Assembly (NCBI GenBank): GCA_965645245.1
Contig: OZ287082.1
Coordinates: forward strand, 1,612,001 to 1,676,000
Origin: Massalongia carnosa
Lineage: Eukaryota
Length of the DNA stretch: 64,000 bases
Reading direction: 5' to 3'
This document shows positions 24,933-38,016 of this stretch, in pieces. Both the position numbers and the translations under genes were made by a program. The notes under the pieces are model-generated. The model was not told the origin of the DNA, searched no databases, and saw only the letters and a list, made by a program, of their open reading frames with translations. Positions within the stretch are counted from its first letter, which is position 1; each line of letters starts with the position of its first letter.

Positions 24933-24987
24933 TGTCATGAATATGTTGACTCACGTGTAGGTATAATAGCATGATCATCATTGAACA
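24933..24987 (-). mobile_element. LTR fragment related to the element C LTR
   Basis: tcatgaat...cacgt(g/a)taggtataatagcatgat matches 22583-22634. Confidence 0.6.
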
Positions 24988-25998
24988 TGAACACGAAAAA
25001 CTTCGGCCGGGGGAGCACTTCCCTAAGCATTCCTGAGCCGACCCTGAGCTAGGTGGGGCAGTGCAGGGTCGTAGCATACGGCAGCCTGAAATGGCTGCGG
25101 CTGAGTCTAGGTAGCAGGCCTGCTGAACTTGTTTAAAAACAATACTGGCAGCTCAAGCCGAGCCCATTGCTGCTTAACTTAACCTCTGCAACTGTCATAC
25201 AACCATCAACTATGATGATGATGACTCTTTCTGACCTTTCAATGATACCCTTTCCTTGCAACATTCAGAGTAGAACAGCAACTAAAATAGAATCAGAATA
25301 GAATTAGAATAGAATGGGTTCGACATCACCCTATCGGAAATGGCAGCCTAAATGGTAAGACAAAGTGCTACTTGATAGGGGCTGTCTTTGAGCTGAGTTG
25401 GTTTTTAACCTACTGCGGCCCCGAACTGCCTAGATGGGGCTGCCTACGTTTCAAAACACCCTGGAGGGGCGCAGCATGCGGGACCCTGAATTGGCTACCT
25501 TATGCTCGGTCCAAGCTGCCAGTAAATTTGTCAAAGATGTTCAGCCGCTCACCAACGGCATTTGGTGAGCTTTGATCGCATCACTTCTAGTTGCTCTGCA
25601 ACTGTCATAAAACCATCGATTTCCTCTTACATCAATAATTGACATAGAGAGTCTTGTTCATAGCATCGCTGTGCAGATCCAAGTCTATGGAGCCTTATTG
25701 GCGATCCTCAAAATAGCGCAAGCACAAGGGGCGGACAAGCTGGTGGTGATACATATCACTTAGTGGTAGTTAGTACTACCAGATTCATTGTCGTTCAATC
25801 TCTAAAACTGACTTACAAAGTCCTTATCACGGAGACATCGACGGTCTTATCGTGGCGAATGGTATGAACTAATATATTAGCTCCTCTTCTTTTCATGTCG
25901 ATAATGCTAATCCTCGTAAGTACGCGTCGCATTACGCGCGCGAGCGTCTCCGCATCATGTTGATGTACTCCTAAGCCTATGTTAGACTAACTAGATTG

Positions 25999-26201
25999 TG
26001 TCAGGCAGTTGATGACTGCGATTGCCCGGTTAGGCTATTGCATTCTTAGGAGTTTAGGTAAAATCTCTGCGTAAACAGAAGATCTATGTCAAGCAAGCAA
26101 TAATCGAAGCGAGTCGGCTACTAACTAGTTTCTTGACACGATTAGATAGATGGAAGGTCAGATCAGGTCAGGTGATAAGTCATGTCAGGAGGACCCTGAC
26201 A
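25999..26201 (-). mobile_element. Solo LTR (family Y)
   Basis: TGTCAGG...CCTGACA termini; flanks GATTG/TATTG (one mismatch); ends match the reverse complement of 54464-54668. Confidence 0.7.
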
Positions 26202-27273
26202 TATTGATGTGTTGCAGTGTTGCTGTCTTTCAAAGTGAATGAGTGCATCACTCTACTATGTGAAGTGTTTACGGTGATTCACGTCCGCATCTCAACGAGT
26301 CAAAACCCATCATGACATCGCTTTTACTTTCTTCCGTCCTCATCTCACTCGGCGATAATATATGCCCCAGAACGGAGATAATACAAATAAATAAATTAAA
26401 AGGTAAGTCAACTCCATCCTACCGACCATTCTCCCTTCTTAGCGATTGGCGCATCCATCCTCCACTTCTCTCTTTCTTTCCACTCGATTCTCCATTTTCC
26501 TATTCTTCAGGCTCCCTCAGCAGTCTCCGCATCGAATCGAGATCCATCATACTCGAGAGATCTCATCATGTCTAACAACGCCCCTGCAGCACCATTGATC
26601 TCGCCGAACTCGATATCATCATCCATCACTAAAGTTCTTGGGCTGTTTCGATAATCTAAAAGCGTCGATTGACTAAAAAGGGGGTTGACGCGTTGATATT
26701 CAGATGAGTTGACGACTAATTACAGTAACTTAGAGAGCGTATGATCGTATTGTGTTTGTTTGCCAGATGCGAGGCGGAATCTCCACGCTCTGTGGGAATC
26801 GAAATGAAGACACTTGCCTCAAAAAGTACTCGAAATCTTTGGAAAACTAGCAGTGCCTCGGTTGAACCCTAAAACCTCATCGAGGCATAACCCCTGCATC
26901 GGTTGGGGGAGTTATTTTTTAGCACTATTGACGCCTCCAAGCCGCCTGCGATAGATCAGAAGAGGTGAGTAACTATGACATGTATGGCCTCTTTCATCGA
27001 AAGATGATCATACATCTTTCACCTTCTAACCAGATCGTCCATCGAACGCGGCTTCAGGATGAAAGTTCAAGTTGGGAGGAGAAGGGATACTCGGAGACAA
27101 GTCAAGCGGATGCGGCGTCTTACAATCTTTTGAGCCCAACCATTTAATGCATTGAAATCTGTCTTTAGACTGTAGTGTAGCTCCTTTGTCTCAATAATGA
27201 GTTCTTTTATAACGAGCCGTAATATAAAGAATGATTCCTTTATGGTCTATCAAATGCTCGCTAACATTGTCAG

Positions 27274-27966
27274 TTAAGATATATATCTCTTCGAAAAAGC
27301 GAGCTTTCCGCCGATATGTCTACGCCAAGACCGCTGGCGGGGCTCTTTGAAGAGACGCTTTCGGACTGAATCATTGCGTAAAGCTGTAGACAGCTTCCAT
27401 CGTTTTGCGGAATGCGGGCCATCATCTTTGTGATCCCCATCTTCCTTCTCCTTTTCCTCCTTGTCTTTTTCATCCTTATCCTCACCCGAAACCTCAAGGA
27501 TAGGATCACAGGCTAGCTTGCCAGGATCATTACAGTCAAGGTGGTTATGACTTCGTTTATCGGTCTCGTCTTGCGAATATTGACTGAGAGAGCGGGGGAT
27601 GGAATTGCCGGGGTAAGAGGTAGAATTTCCTTGTTCAAGAGACAGTAGGCATCCATTATTCTCGCTATCTCTGCTGCCGTCATCACCTCCGGGTGCTTTA
27701 GAAGTGGAAGATAGGACTGAAAGCCTTAAGTCAAAGCCGGTCCCACGTTTTGTCTCAATTTCTGAGCTCTGAGGGGAAGCAGCTCCGCCTGTTTTCCTGT
27801 CGCTGTTCGGTCTGATCGCAAGAGTGATATGAGTTTCCTTAGAGTCTAGACAGCCAGCTCTGGTTCTTCCGTTAGGATCACAGTTACAGCCATCATCAGC
27901 TGACACTGCATCATGCCTTCTTCCAAAAAGAAAAGGGTATTCCAACGCTTCATCGTGATTCGTCAA
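27274..27966 (-). CDS. Hypothetical low-complexity protein or gene remnant
   Basis: 230-codon ORF with a non-ATG start, acidic/basic tracts and an NLS-like AKRWK; no domain recognised. Confidence 0.25.
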   Translation of the reverse strand: MTNHDEALEYPFLFGRRHDAVSADDGCNCDPNGRTRAGCLDSKETHITLAIRPNSDRKTGGAASPQSSEIETKRGTGFDLRLSVLSSTSKAPGGDDGSRDSENNGCLLSLEQGNSTSYPGNSIPRSLSQYSQDETDKRSHNHLDCNDPGKLACDPILEVSGEDKDEKDKEEKEKEDGDHKDDGPHSAKRWKLSTALRNDSVRKRLFKEPRQRSWRRHIGGKLAFSKRYIS

Positions 27967-29111
27967 CTCGTAACCCGGAAAGGCTGGAGGAAGTAGTGCC
28001 CAAGATTGGCAGCTCTATGGCGAAATTTATCGTGAATCAAGGTGTGCCATCAAATCGCTCTTGGCAAGACACATTTCAGGACCTCCTTCAAGGCGTCAAT
28101 TCTCACTACAATGAAGAAAATCCGTCTCATGCTTGGGCCTAGAGCCTATAAGTTGCATTTCCGATACACTCGGTGAAGGATGGTCATGTGTAGCCTGTCA
28201 CATTGTCTTGAATACCATCATTATCTTTCCCGCGGCTGCCGCTGCGTCCAAATCTAGGCAGTACACAGGGCCATGCCTAAGCGCCGTTTTGCATAGATGC
28301 CATCTTATTCTCCTAATCTATCAGATCAGCAAAAGCTGCCTTGCCTGATCGTAGCGGGTTCGTCTCACGATACCTTATAAATTGGATTCCATATTATCAA
28401 AGGAGGAGTAACTGAAGTCCGAAATGGCTGGCGTTAAGCTATCATGATTGAAATGATGCAATGAACTCCCTTGACGGGTCATTGGTTGAACAATGCTGCT
28501 GCTGCTGACTCAAAACCTCCACGTTCATCCTATTGCCCATGCCGCACTCCTGCGCGTATCTGCGATTTTTATTCTTATCAAATGTACTCTGTTGAATACG
28601 AGAACGGCCGCGTCGTCGATTGTATTGCTCGCTGTCATTGATCCAGGAATCGCCGATTAGCCTATCAAATCACCGCGGTGAGAGGCTTTATGTGTAATTA
28701 CGTATGCGGCTCTTAGGTCAAGCCCGCAGAGCTGTATCCCTCGCAAGATTCGAGATATCAGCGCTATCATTACTCGATAGAACGTTCAGAGCAAGCACAT
28801 CCAGTTGTTGACTAACAAATGCTAGTGTGAGCTACACATGCGGTAGTCAAACTCCGTCTGATGGGTGCCCCTTAGGTATTGAAGGAGGTGTAGGAGCATT
28901 GGCGTGGAGGTGATGATTTAACGATGAGAGGGTGAGAGAGGCTAATCAGATATTGGCTACCTTCAAGAAGGTGCATATCTCTATACGCTAAGCCCTTTCT
29001 GAGCTAGCGATTGGACTGAGCGCACGCAAAACTCATACGTGTCTATGCTCCCGCAGTAGAGAGATGCGACAGCCATCTGGCCGTGAAAAGGTAAAAGAGT
29101 ATTCTTTATTC

Positions 29112-30464
29112 ATGCTTCTAGATGCTAAACACTTAAGTAGCTTGATAGCGCCTTTGAAGACTTTAGAAGAAGACATTCCGTCCACAACACTGGAGCATTT
29201 TTAAAAGACTGTCTCCAAAAACTCTCCAATGATGAATCTCTCGCAGAAGCTACTCATAAACAATGATAAGAATACTGACCATAACCCCATATCCGAGTCT
29301 TCGCAGACGCAAGATTTAAATCCTTCGAAGGACTGTATTTAATCTCGGCCTTATCGATGCAAACTTGGCAAACTTGGCAAAATTAGAAAAAGAGCTGCGT
29401 TCAACGTCCTCTGGGTTTTATTTAGTAAACCCCGCCTCAAAATTGCCTTTGAAGCGAGGAACATTACAGTTGCAAAGCTTCTCAAAACAAACAGCGGGTC
29501 TTCTCACCTTATATCAGGAACTAAAGGGTTATCCACATTTGGGATGGTTCAGAGAGACATTTGATGTGCAATGTTTTCTAGTCTCACAATTCAATTCTGA
29601 GTATACCGACTTAGAGACGCTATTTGAACCAATAGGATGAATTAGAGTGTAACAATAATCCTCATGAGTATTTGACCGCGACAGGTTACTACGCCGATGT
29701 TCGCAAAATCTAGGACTTCCAGAATTGCCACTTCAACCTGGCAATCGTCTGTTAAAAACTCGCAGGCATTCATTCAGAATTCATATACATTTCTCGGTTG
29801 ATATTCGGCTTCGCGGCTCACTCCGAAGATTGCCATCTACCATCGGCAAACATACTTTATGAAGGAGCACCCAAACTCTGGATAATGGTTAATCCCAGAT
29901 CGAAACACGATTTAGAAAGTCGATTGGTTAAAAAACTTTGAATACGATCGAGATGCGATCAGTTTCTTAGAGTGTGCTTCTTCGCCCTTCTCTATTACGT
30001 CGTTGGGAAATCGGATTTGAAGTTGTTCTTCAGCGATCGGGATTTTTAATGCTATTGCAGTCAAACGCAATTCACTGGGGAATAAACTTAGGAGCCAACA
30101 TGGCAGGAGTAATCAACTACGCCAAGCAAGAATAGGACATGCCTTCTCTATACGTTGAATGCCAAGAGAGCTATGGAGTTTCGCCTATACTTGTGGCCGA
30201 CATGAAGGTTAGCAGGCTTAGACGCCTCGAGATTGACACAACATGGGAGAATCGTCCCAAGCCTGCATCCTTATTTATATCACCATATCCCCTTCTAGAA
30301 TCTGCATCATCGTCTACGGCATCTTTCACACTCAAATCTGCGTCCCCAAATGTCGAAACTGCGTCTCAACCTAGGTCCCCGAGTGTCGGAGCTGCGTCTC
30401 AAACTCATGACCTCAAAATCATTAAAGTGGCTTGGTCAGTCAAGGCCATCAGGGAGAAAAAGCG
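29112..30464 (+). pseudogene. JmjC-domain (KDM4/JMJD2/Rph1-like) demethylase pseudogene
   Basis: Manual translation: YYADV...AGIHSEFIYISRLIFGFAAHSEDCHLPSANILYEGAPKLW...CDQFLR...LLRPSLLRRWEIGFEVVLQRSGFLMLLQSNAIHWGINLGANMAGVINYA. HxE at 29819-29827, distal His at 30073; contains stops and frameshifts. 5' boundary is approximate. Confidence 0.8.
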
Positions 30465-30941
30465 TCTTCTACTTCAGCTGATTGAAATTTATCCTCAAAT
30501 CACGCTAGTTGTGGACGCTTTGGATGAGTGCAACAAGGAAACGAGGGCCTCTTTCTTGGAAAAGTTAGACATCTTGGTCAGCGGCAAGTCTTCTTACTTG
30601 GTAAAAATTTTCATCTCGAGCAGGCCAGAACTAGATATCAAACACCGATTTAGTGATGAATCAAACATGGAAATCAGGGCAACGAATAATGAGAAGGACA
30701 TAGCAATGTTTGTTGACGACAAGATCAAAGATAAAAAGGAATGGTATTGCAAGATAAGTTCCGAACTTAGAGAGCTCATCTGCGAGACGTTGGTGAGCAA
30801 AAGTGACGGAATGTAAGTTTTTATAACCGTCGGCCACTAGCATTGATTTTCTAAGAGTAGAATAGGTTTCAGTGGGCGTCTCTGCAGATTATTCAACTAC
30901 ATAAACTCCCGCCCCATAGACGCGACATTGAAGAGCGACTA
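30465..30941 (+). pseudogene. Inverted duplicate of the NLR1 NACHT segment (7387-6911), intron included
   Basis: [21 protein letters not shown]...[14 protein letters not shown] is nearly identical to NLR1, and the intron sequence is conserved. Confidence 0.95.
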
Positions 30942-31242
30942 TGTCACGGTGCGAGGTCAGGTAGGAATTCAGGTGGTGCAAACGTATTACTTGATTGTCT
31001 AGCTAGGAGGATAAGACGTTCGACAAGGAGAAAAGAAACAGAAAATCAAATCCAATTTCCCCCAAGTCCCGGGAATGACACTATCGCCATGACACTATTG
31101 ACAACCGGAACACTTACCTTTGCCCTAGCTGAACCGGACTAAGCTTAGTCCCTTTCGGATCGGCTAGCCGGCTAGTGCTTCGTTCAAGCAGCTAAAGTTG
31201 GTTCAATGAACTAACTGGCAGGTGCCCAGTCACTCCATGACA
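30942..31242 (-). mobile_element. LTR truncating the NACHT duplicate
   Basis: TGTCAC...ATGACA termini; ends resemble the Gypsy LTR at 45944-46145; flanks GACTA/TAAAT do not match. Confidence 0.65.
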
Positions 31243-31830
31243 TAAATAATACAAAAAGCCGATCAGGGGGGCCATCGAAAAGGAGAAGGAAGGTATTAAG
31301 GGGGAATGAAGCATTTTGAAGAAGGGAAAGGAAAAAAGAGGAGTTGAGAGAAGTAACTAGACGAATAAATAAATTGGACTGGCTTGTGTTGAGTTAAATA
31401 GGTAGGTAATAGTATGTGTGGGAAGGATTGATTATTCTATCTAGGTGGCTATCTACTATGTTTATATAGCTAGATAGGTGAGAGATGAATAAGATAGAGA
31501 GCCAGGCACAGCGGCAGGGCAGGTTTGCCTTGAATCTCCCTGCCGTACCACCTCATTAGCTAGCCGTGTGCGGATCACTTGAGACGTTATTCCCAAGCCG
31601 TTATGTTGCCGTCTGGCACAGCACATAGGATGGCTGTCTCATCTAACAGCTTGAAAGCTCATACTGAAACCCGAGGCTTGATTAGCATGTTTCGTATATG
31701 ACATTTCTTGCTTCAGTAACTCAGATCTGTCTTAGAAGCCGACATGCATTCCGTCCGTTTCGCTCACGGTAAAAAACAACAAATGTGCTGGGTAACTCAA
31801 ACCTAATGTTGACTCGCGAATCTTGCGGAT

Positions 31831-34467
31831 CTAGTCTAACTTCAAATGCTCCTGCGTAGAAGAAGCACCCTCCTCTACCATAGGTGTCTTCGAAGGCGTC
31901 GATGAAGGCATGGTCCCATACCGTCGGTTCGCCTTGATGGCTCTTTTCTGCGCCATATCTCCTGTCATGTCCCCAAAAACGAGTTCCAAATGCTCGCCTT
32001 CGCCTTGCTGGTCGTTGATGGCCAAAATCCGCACCATGGTTTTGAAGATGTGGATTTCGGTAATGCCGGCGCACGTGTTGCGTAAAATGGTCGTGGAGTG
32101 GGAATTCATCGCAAGCGCAGTCACTTCTGCGATGGAATCCCAGCATGTTGAGCTCACACCTGGAGAAAGAGAAGGTGAGGTTAGCGTTTCGAAACAGAAG
32201 ATATTGACAGATAAAGAGCATGAAAAATATGACGCATACCTGAAATGCCGCTGTAGAAGCAGTGCATGACCGCCAAGACGCAGTATGTCAAGAGGAATGC
32301 AATGGAGATTTTCGACGATGCACCCCTGGTGTTGTAGGAGTATCCTTCGATAGTCGAGTCCACGCGAAGCTTCACCCAATCCTTGCTCTCCACGGGGTCC
32401 ACTGCGAAGACGTCGCCTTTTCCCTGAACCCAGTACGTGCTGTCAGGTATCGTTCTGTTGCCACCGTCTCGAGTCATTTTCATGCTGCCTTGGAATTGAC
32501 TAGCAAATCCCACCCTTGCTAGTCCGTTAGCCATTAGACCGCTGACGATGTATTGAGTGACAACTTCTTGTGGTATGACCGAGTCCGACATTCCTTTCAA
32601 GAGAAAGTCTATCACGCTCGTGTTTTGAGCGGGAACCCAAGGATTAAGATATTCTGCCCAATCCTCATCAATCTCAATTGCCTTGGCAGGGTATAGCGGA
32701 GGATCGTAGTAGGTCGACCCAAAGTTGTTGGCCTGAAAAAGGGTTTCTCCATTCTGCTCTGGAGAGGAATCGTCACTATACAAAGTGCGGAAGCCGATAT
32801 TATATTTGCTTGAAGTAGCACTTATATCAGATCCGAGAGTTGTCAAGTTAATCGTGCTTGAACCCCACCCTGCACCAACATTGCAAATCACCATACTGGT
32901 CGTTGCATTATCTTGAGCCACATCGTCGAGCGTAGCTTGAGGCAATAACACAATAAGCCCGATAGAAATGCCGGCGAATGTGCTCTGGGGCAATTGAACC
33001 CATTTGACTCGATTGTTTGATTTCGCACCGGGGAGCTGGAGTAGCTCTGCCCGACGAATGAAAGGATATTCTGTTGCCGGATATCCTGAGATGGAAGCAT
33101 TGATGTGTTTCAAAATCCCAGGTTCGGATGTATAATCGACATAAACCGAAACTGGGAAAGCCATTGATCTTTGATCGTTCGAACCGTAAACTTTGTCACG
33201 TAGGCAATACGCCTCAACGTAAGGCTGATAAGAATCCTTTGCAATACTATGTATTGCAACTCGATGGTCATTTGGAAGCGCGCCATGTCGATTATTAGGA
33301 TTAGCATAATTTATAGTTAATTTCCACAATGCACCGGCTTCGTTAAGAACATCAGCAATAGCCGCCTGCTGCGTTGTCGCGGATGTGGTGGTGAACGATG
33401 TGTATGAAGAGGTATTTTCCTCTCGTGCATTACTGCTACTAGAATCTTCTTGGGTAAATTGGCGAAGTGAACTTTTCCCACTCAACTGAATTGTGTTTGG
33501 GCCGCTGTCGTAAAAGTTCAATACAATGGACTCGTTTGTGATGCTCTTCGGAAGAGAATGATCAACCAACGACAACCAAGTTTGCATGAATTGCCATTCG
33601 CTTGAAGGACATTCATTGGAGACCGACTGATCGAGCGAAAGGGCGCAGCGTCGGGGAACGGTAGCGCCGCTCAGTCTATCCCATGTTATTCACATACTAG
33701 ATTAACTACCCTCGAGCCTGAATAGAAAAGTATTCGACTAAACTTGTCGGATAGTAGGTATCGAAAAATGAAACTCACCGATCAGGCCAAAGATCATGAA
33801 AAGTTGCATTGACCCATACATGTGTTCTCCCAGCGGGCCAATAATCCAAGCGTGGGATGAGAAGAACTGCGCTGGACGATCCGCTGACAGTTGCTAGCAC
33901 GAAACAAACACCAAGGAAAACGGCGGTGAATGCTTTTCTTCGAAACGACACGTGGCTGGAACTCAGGACCCCCCAAAATTCCATCGACCATAAATAACTG
34001 ACTTGATTCATTTGAAGACCCGAAAACAGAGCACCAAATGGAATTCCATTCCCAAGCACCATTTCATGACGAACGTAGGAAAACACAATGGCCGCCAACG
34101 AGGCTTGTATCAGCATTTCATGCGCTTTTGCGGCCAGTTGATAATAAAATAGACGATACATCGTGGATCCCACGTAGTAACTACTCCCATTGAGTGTGAC
34201 CTCCCATATTGCTATCCCCACTGGAAGAACATGAATCAAGGCTCGTAGCAGCGCTACTGATCGGTTTTTCCGGATGGCTATTTTAATTGGCTCTTCGAAT
34301 CCTCTGCCTAAGGGGTGACGGAGAGATTTGAACGCTGAAACAACCACGTTCAAACCGATCGCTCGAAACAAAATTGCGCTATTCTCTTTCGCTTTTGACC
34401 AGAGCTGTCTGGCTGCTTTCAGCGGCTTCATGGGCGGAGAAGCAGGCCTTCTGTAATGCTTAGCCAC
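31831..34467 (-). CDS. Uncharacterised fungal multi-pass membrane protein (at least 3 exons)
   Basis: Introns 33676-33778 and 32160-32239 join the three ORFs in frame; hydrophobic segments; motifs QLAAKAHE, PFGAL, YLWSMEFWG, WDSIAEVTALAMNS. True start uncertain (34467 is GTG). Confidence 0.8.
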
Positions 34468-35572
34468 TTCTCGTCATGGTGGTGAAGGAAATAATTACCC
34501 TTGATCCTGGGCCGTTGGAAGTGCCGAAAGCCATACGAATCCGCGAACCCTGCTTTTCATGCCTAAGGTAAACTTCGGAATTCTCTATTGTCACCGGGTT
34601 CTTTGAAGAAGAAATATTGACGGAGGAATATGTTTTAACGAAAATGGACAGTGTTCGAGAAAAGAGAATTAGGATACATGTCAACAGAAACCACGACTAG
34701 TCTTGACAAGTGCACTCCTAAAAAAAAAGCGTTCGTTCACTGGAAGTTGTGAAGCAAAGACGTATTAGACAACCGCAGGCAACATTTGACGAGCGGGCTG
34801 CATAAGACAACAGCTGAAGCTGAAGTCAAGATGTATCGTCGTACGACAGAATGACGCGGTTTCATCGTCTGCAGGGGCAGTAAATCCGTTGTCCTCGTAC
34901 CACGATCAATCAGCTCTCGCTATTCATCTAGCCAGCATTGCCGCACTTTCTCATACGGAGCATTTTGCCTCATGTTTATGTGTTTTGTATTACTGCATTG
35001 ATCTCACTCGTTTTCCTAAAATATATGCCTTTTTTTTTCATGTCACGTTGTATTATTTTTACACCTCTTCCTTCACACATAGCAAGTAACTGAATTCCTC
35101 GCAGTACAAGTAAAGGTCATTAAGAAGAATTGGATTCAAAGCAAAGCTCTTATTTGACTTTTCGACTAGGACAGGCTGTAACCCTTAGCTCGAGGCTAAC
35201 CTGAAGGGGCTTAGCGGGCTCGTAGTGCCACGCACGTCTGAGGTACTGAGGCAAGCACTGCATAGAAGTGAACGCTTTGCCGGAAGATTGGCATATGCAT
35301 CTTACTGTCCGCCAATGAAACTGATCTTTCACTGTTAACCAGATTTTCTCTGAATAAACCAATAGCCCGAGGCCGTACAGAGCAACCTATACAGCCTCCG
35401 TATCCTCAAAAATCAACACGGCTAGAGCGAACAGGTTTTAAAATATATCACTTGGACCGATATCTGCATATTTTCGCTCTAATCTGAGTAGTTATTCCTC
35501 ACAAAGGCATATTCAATCATGAGATTCGAACATCGGAAAGCTAAAACCGTCGCAGTCAGAATCTCGGAGCCC

Positions 35573-35716
35573 CTATGCATACGCCGCACAACGGGTTAGG
35601 TTTCTCTATTGAAAACCCAACCCATTTGTGGCAAACCGTATGATTTTTGGTGTCCAGGTTGAGTTTTGAAAGAGAAACCCGGTGGCGAAAAAGTAATTTT
35701 GGGTTAGGCTATGCAT
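35573..35716. mobile_element. Degenerate MITE-like insertion, possibly hAT-derived
   Basis: 8-bp direct repeat CTATGCAT at 35573 and 35709 flanks an imperfect inverted repeat ggtttctctattgaaaacccaacc / ggttgagttttgaaagagaaacc. Confidence 0.4.
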
Positions 35717-36289
35717 CATTAGCGACTGATACATAAGGGGCTCTGCCTCTCGCGAAGAGCTTCGTCTATCATCCTTCAGCAATAAGGCTGTGGAACTCTG
35801 TACGAATGAATGACATCATACCCGAAAAGTTAAAGAATCATTGGCCGGAAAATCTCCCTGGTTTCTTCACTGTTGCTTTTTTGCTTCCACTTCGTTAATC
35901 GCCCTCCCTTTTAATTGACAACGCCTTGTGCTTGCTGCGAAGTCTGGCGTATCGATGATCTTCACGGTTGTGCGACGTTTCGCAGCAGAAGACGATAATC
36001 TTAGCCTTCTTCAGTCTGTTTTCGAAAAGCTTCTCGTGAGGCACTGATTTGACGTGGCAATTCAGCTCGTCAATGCCGTTATGATTCATTGATATTATGA
36101 TCCTTTCCCACTCTAACTATTTCGACAGGCACAATCTTCCCGTTTCAATCCCATTTCTTTAAACCTCTTTCCCCGCCAAGAAATATCGTACGTTATTTTC
36201 AGACTTTACACGTTATCTGCTTCTTTACCTACATATATCCCCCACATTTCACCCCCTTTGAATAATAAAATTCAACGTCAACGAGCACG

Positions 36290-36827
36290 ATGCAGTTTAC
36301 GAACACAATATCGCTCGCTTCCCTGCTACTGATCCGCTTAGCCGCTGCCTTATCCCTGAGCGACGTCCCACAGTGCGCAGTCGACGAAGCCCTGGCCTCC
36401 CTCGGCGACACTGGGTGCGATATCTCAGACTTCACATGCGTCTGCAAACATCATGACTGGCTGCAGAGCCTCGTGCCAAAAGTCCACCAGGACTGTGGAG
36501 ACAATGACGTGACTGGTGCGTTTTCTCCCACTTGACCTTGGAGTTTTTATCCGTTGGGGGGGGGGGAAATAGGAAGACAGGGCTAATCGTACCGGCGGCT
36601 TGATCACAGAAACTGTCGATATTGTTCCCAAACTCTGCGAATCTGTCGGCGTTCAAGTGACACTTTCCCTCTCCTCCTCAGCCTCCTCCTTGACAGGGAC
36701 TGGCACCCCCAACATCCCTACAGCTACCCCAGTTAGTCAAAGCGCTTCAGGGTTGGGAATGAGCGCGATAGCAGCGAAATTCCGAGCAATTATTATGATA
36801 GGGGTGATTGTGGGGATTTGGTGGTGA
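36290..36827 (+). CDS. Secreted, probably GPI-anchored CFEM-domain protein
   Basis: Signal peptide; PQCA...GCDISDFTCVC...DC...LC; intron 36516-36609; S/T-rich stalk; hydrophobic C-terminus. Confidence 0.85.
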
Positions 36828-37291
36828 TAAAGCGATTTAGCCCCCAAATTGCGTCTTGATATTAAGCACCGCATTTCTGTAAACATCGAAGGAGTTTAAC
36901 TTCATTGAGTGGAAACAAATCTTGTATCATACAATATCAATTTATAAGAAACGTGTTGTGTTTGTGAATAATCATCGTTATGAACCATTCACATTTTGAA
37001 AAGTAGTCACACAAGAAAGTCTAAATATTTACACTGTAGACCTCTCATAACGGCCTATTAGTCGCCCCTAGAGATGCTAGACTGACACCCGTTGAGGCTC
37101 ACGATGAATGCTCATATGATGATGATAGCCTGACCAGCTAAATGATGGTAGCCTCATCATCTAACAAGAACCACCACCTCCCGCATCACATGGTGTGAAC
37201 CTCACGTCGCGAGCTTACTATCCCCGCCTTCAAAGATGTCCCAGTTGTTGAAATCGACCGCGTCTTGGGAGGTCGGTGTATCCGGTGCTTT

Positions 37292-38016
37292 TTAGGGTGG
37301 AAGAACACCCGAGCCGGCAAGGAAGGCATTTCCTACAAACGGGTTCTCCGCCACGTAGGGAACCGTGGGCAACTGGCTATCGGATGAGGATTGGGTTCCG
37401 ACGGTGAAGATCGTCGGCGCGGTGTCGTCAAATCCGGCGACTGGCGCTTGGCTGAGCGTTTGGTCGAGTGGTGTTGTATCTGCAGCCTTAGGATCGATGA
37501 GGTTAGGGCTCGACGACTCGGCATTGTTTTTGCTGTAAGGGTTCCCCGTGTAAGGGGCCCAGGCCACACAGCATTGCTGTAAGTAATTGACGACGATGAC
37601 GGTGAATTGGTACGTTGCTGCGGGACGAAATCAGAGAACAATCCATCACGAGCGGCTTGGTGGACGACGGTCACCCACATTTATCTTGGCGCTGGAGGCA
37701 CATGGACTCATTGTCCACGAAGATTTTGGGCTCGTCCTGGGGCCATTGCAGTTCTCTCGTGCAATGCCTCCCCGGAACGTCCAAATACTTGAAATCGAAA
37801 GTGGCTTTCCCTTTGTTCCTCGTCTGATGAGAGTTGAGAAAGCTATCTAGAGTCACGCCGTCTATCTGAATGGTTCCCTCGGTGTTCGACATGTACTGTG
37901 TGGACCGTGTCAAAACATTTCAATGATAGAGAGTGCGAGGATCGATCTAGCAGAGTACGTACTATGTCGGTCGCGGAAGCAATGCAAGCAAACAAGAACG
38001 AAGATATCTACAACAT
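37292..38016 (-). pseudogene. Probable decayed small secreted protein gene
   Basis: ATG TTG TAG followed by signal-like ISSFLFACIASATDI, a GTACGT donor and ACACAG acceptor, then broken downstream frames. Confidence 0.35.

Noticed and set aside
22581..24987. F-box gene captured between two LTRs
   Set aside because: Both LTR pieces are partial, and the PBS follows the downstream LTR rather than preceding the gene.
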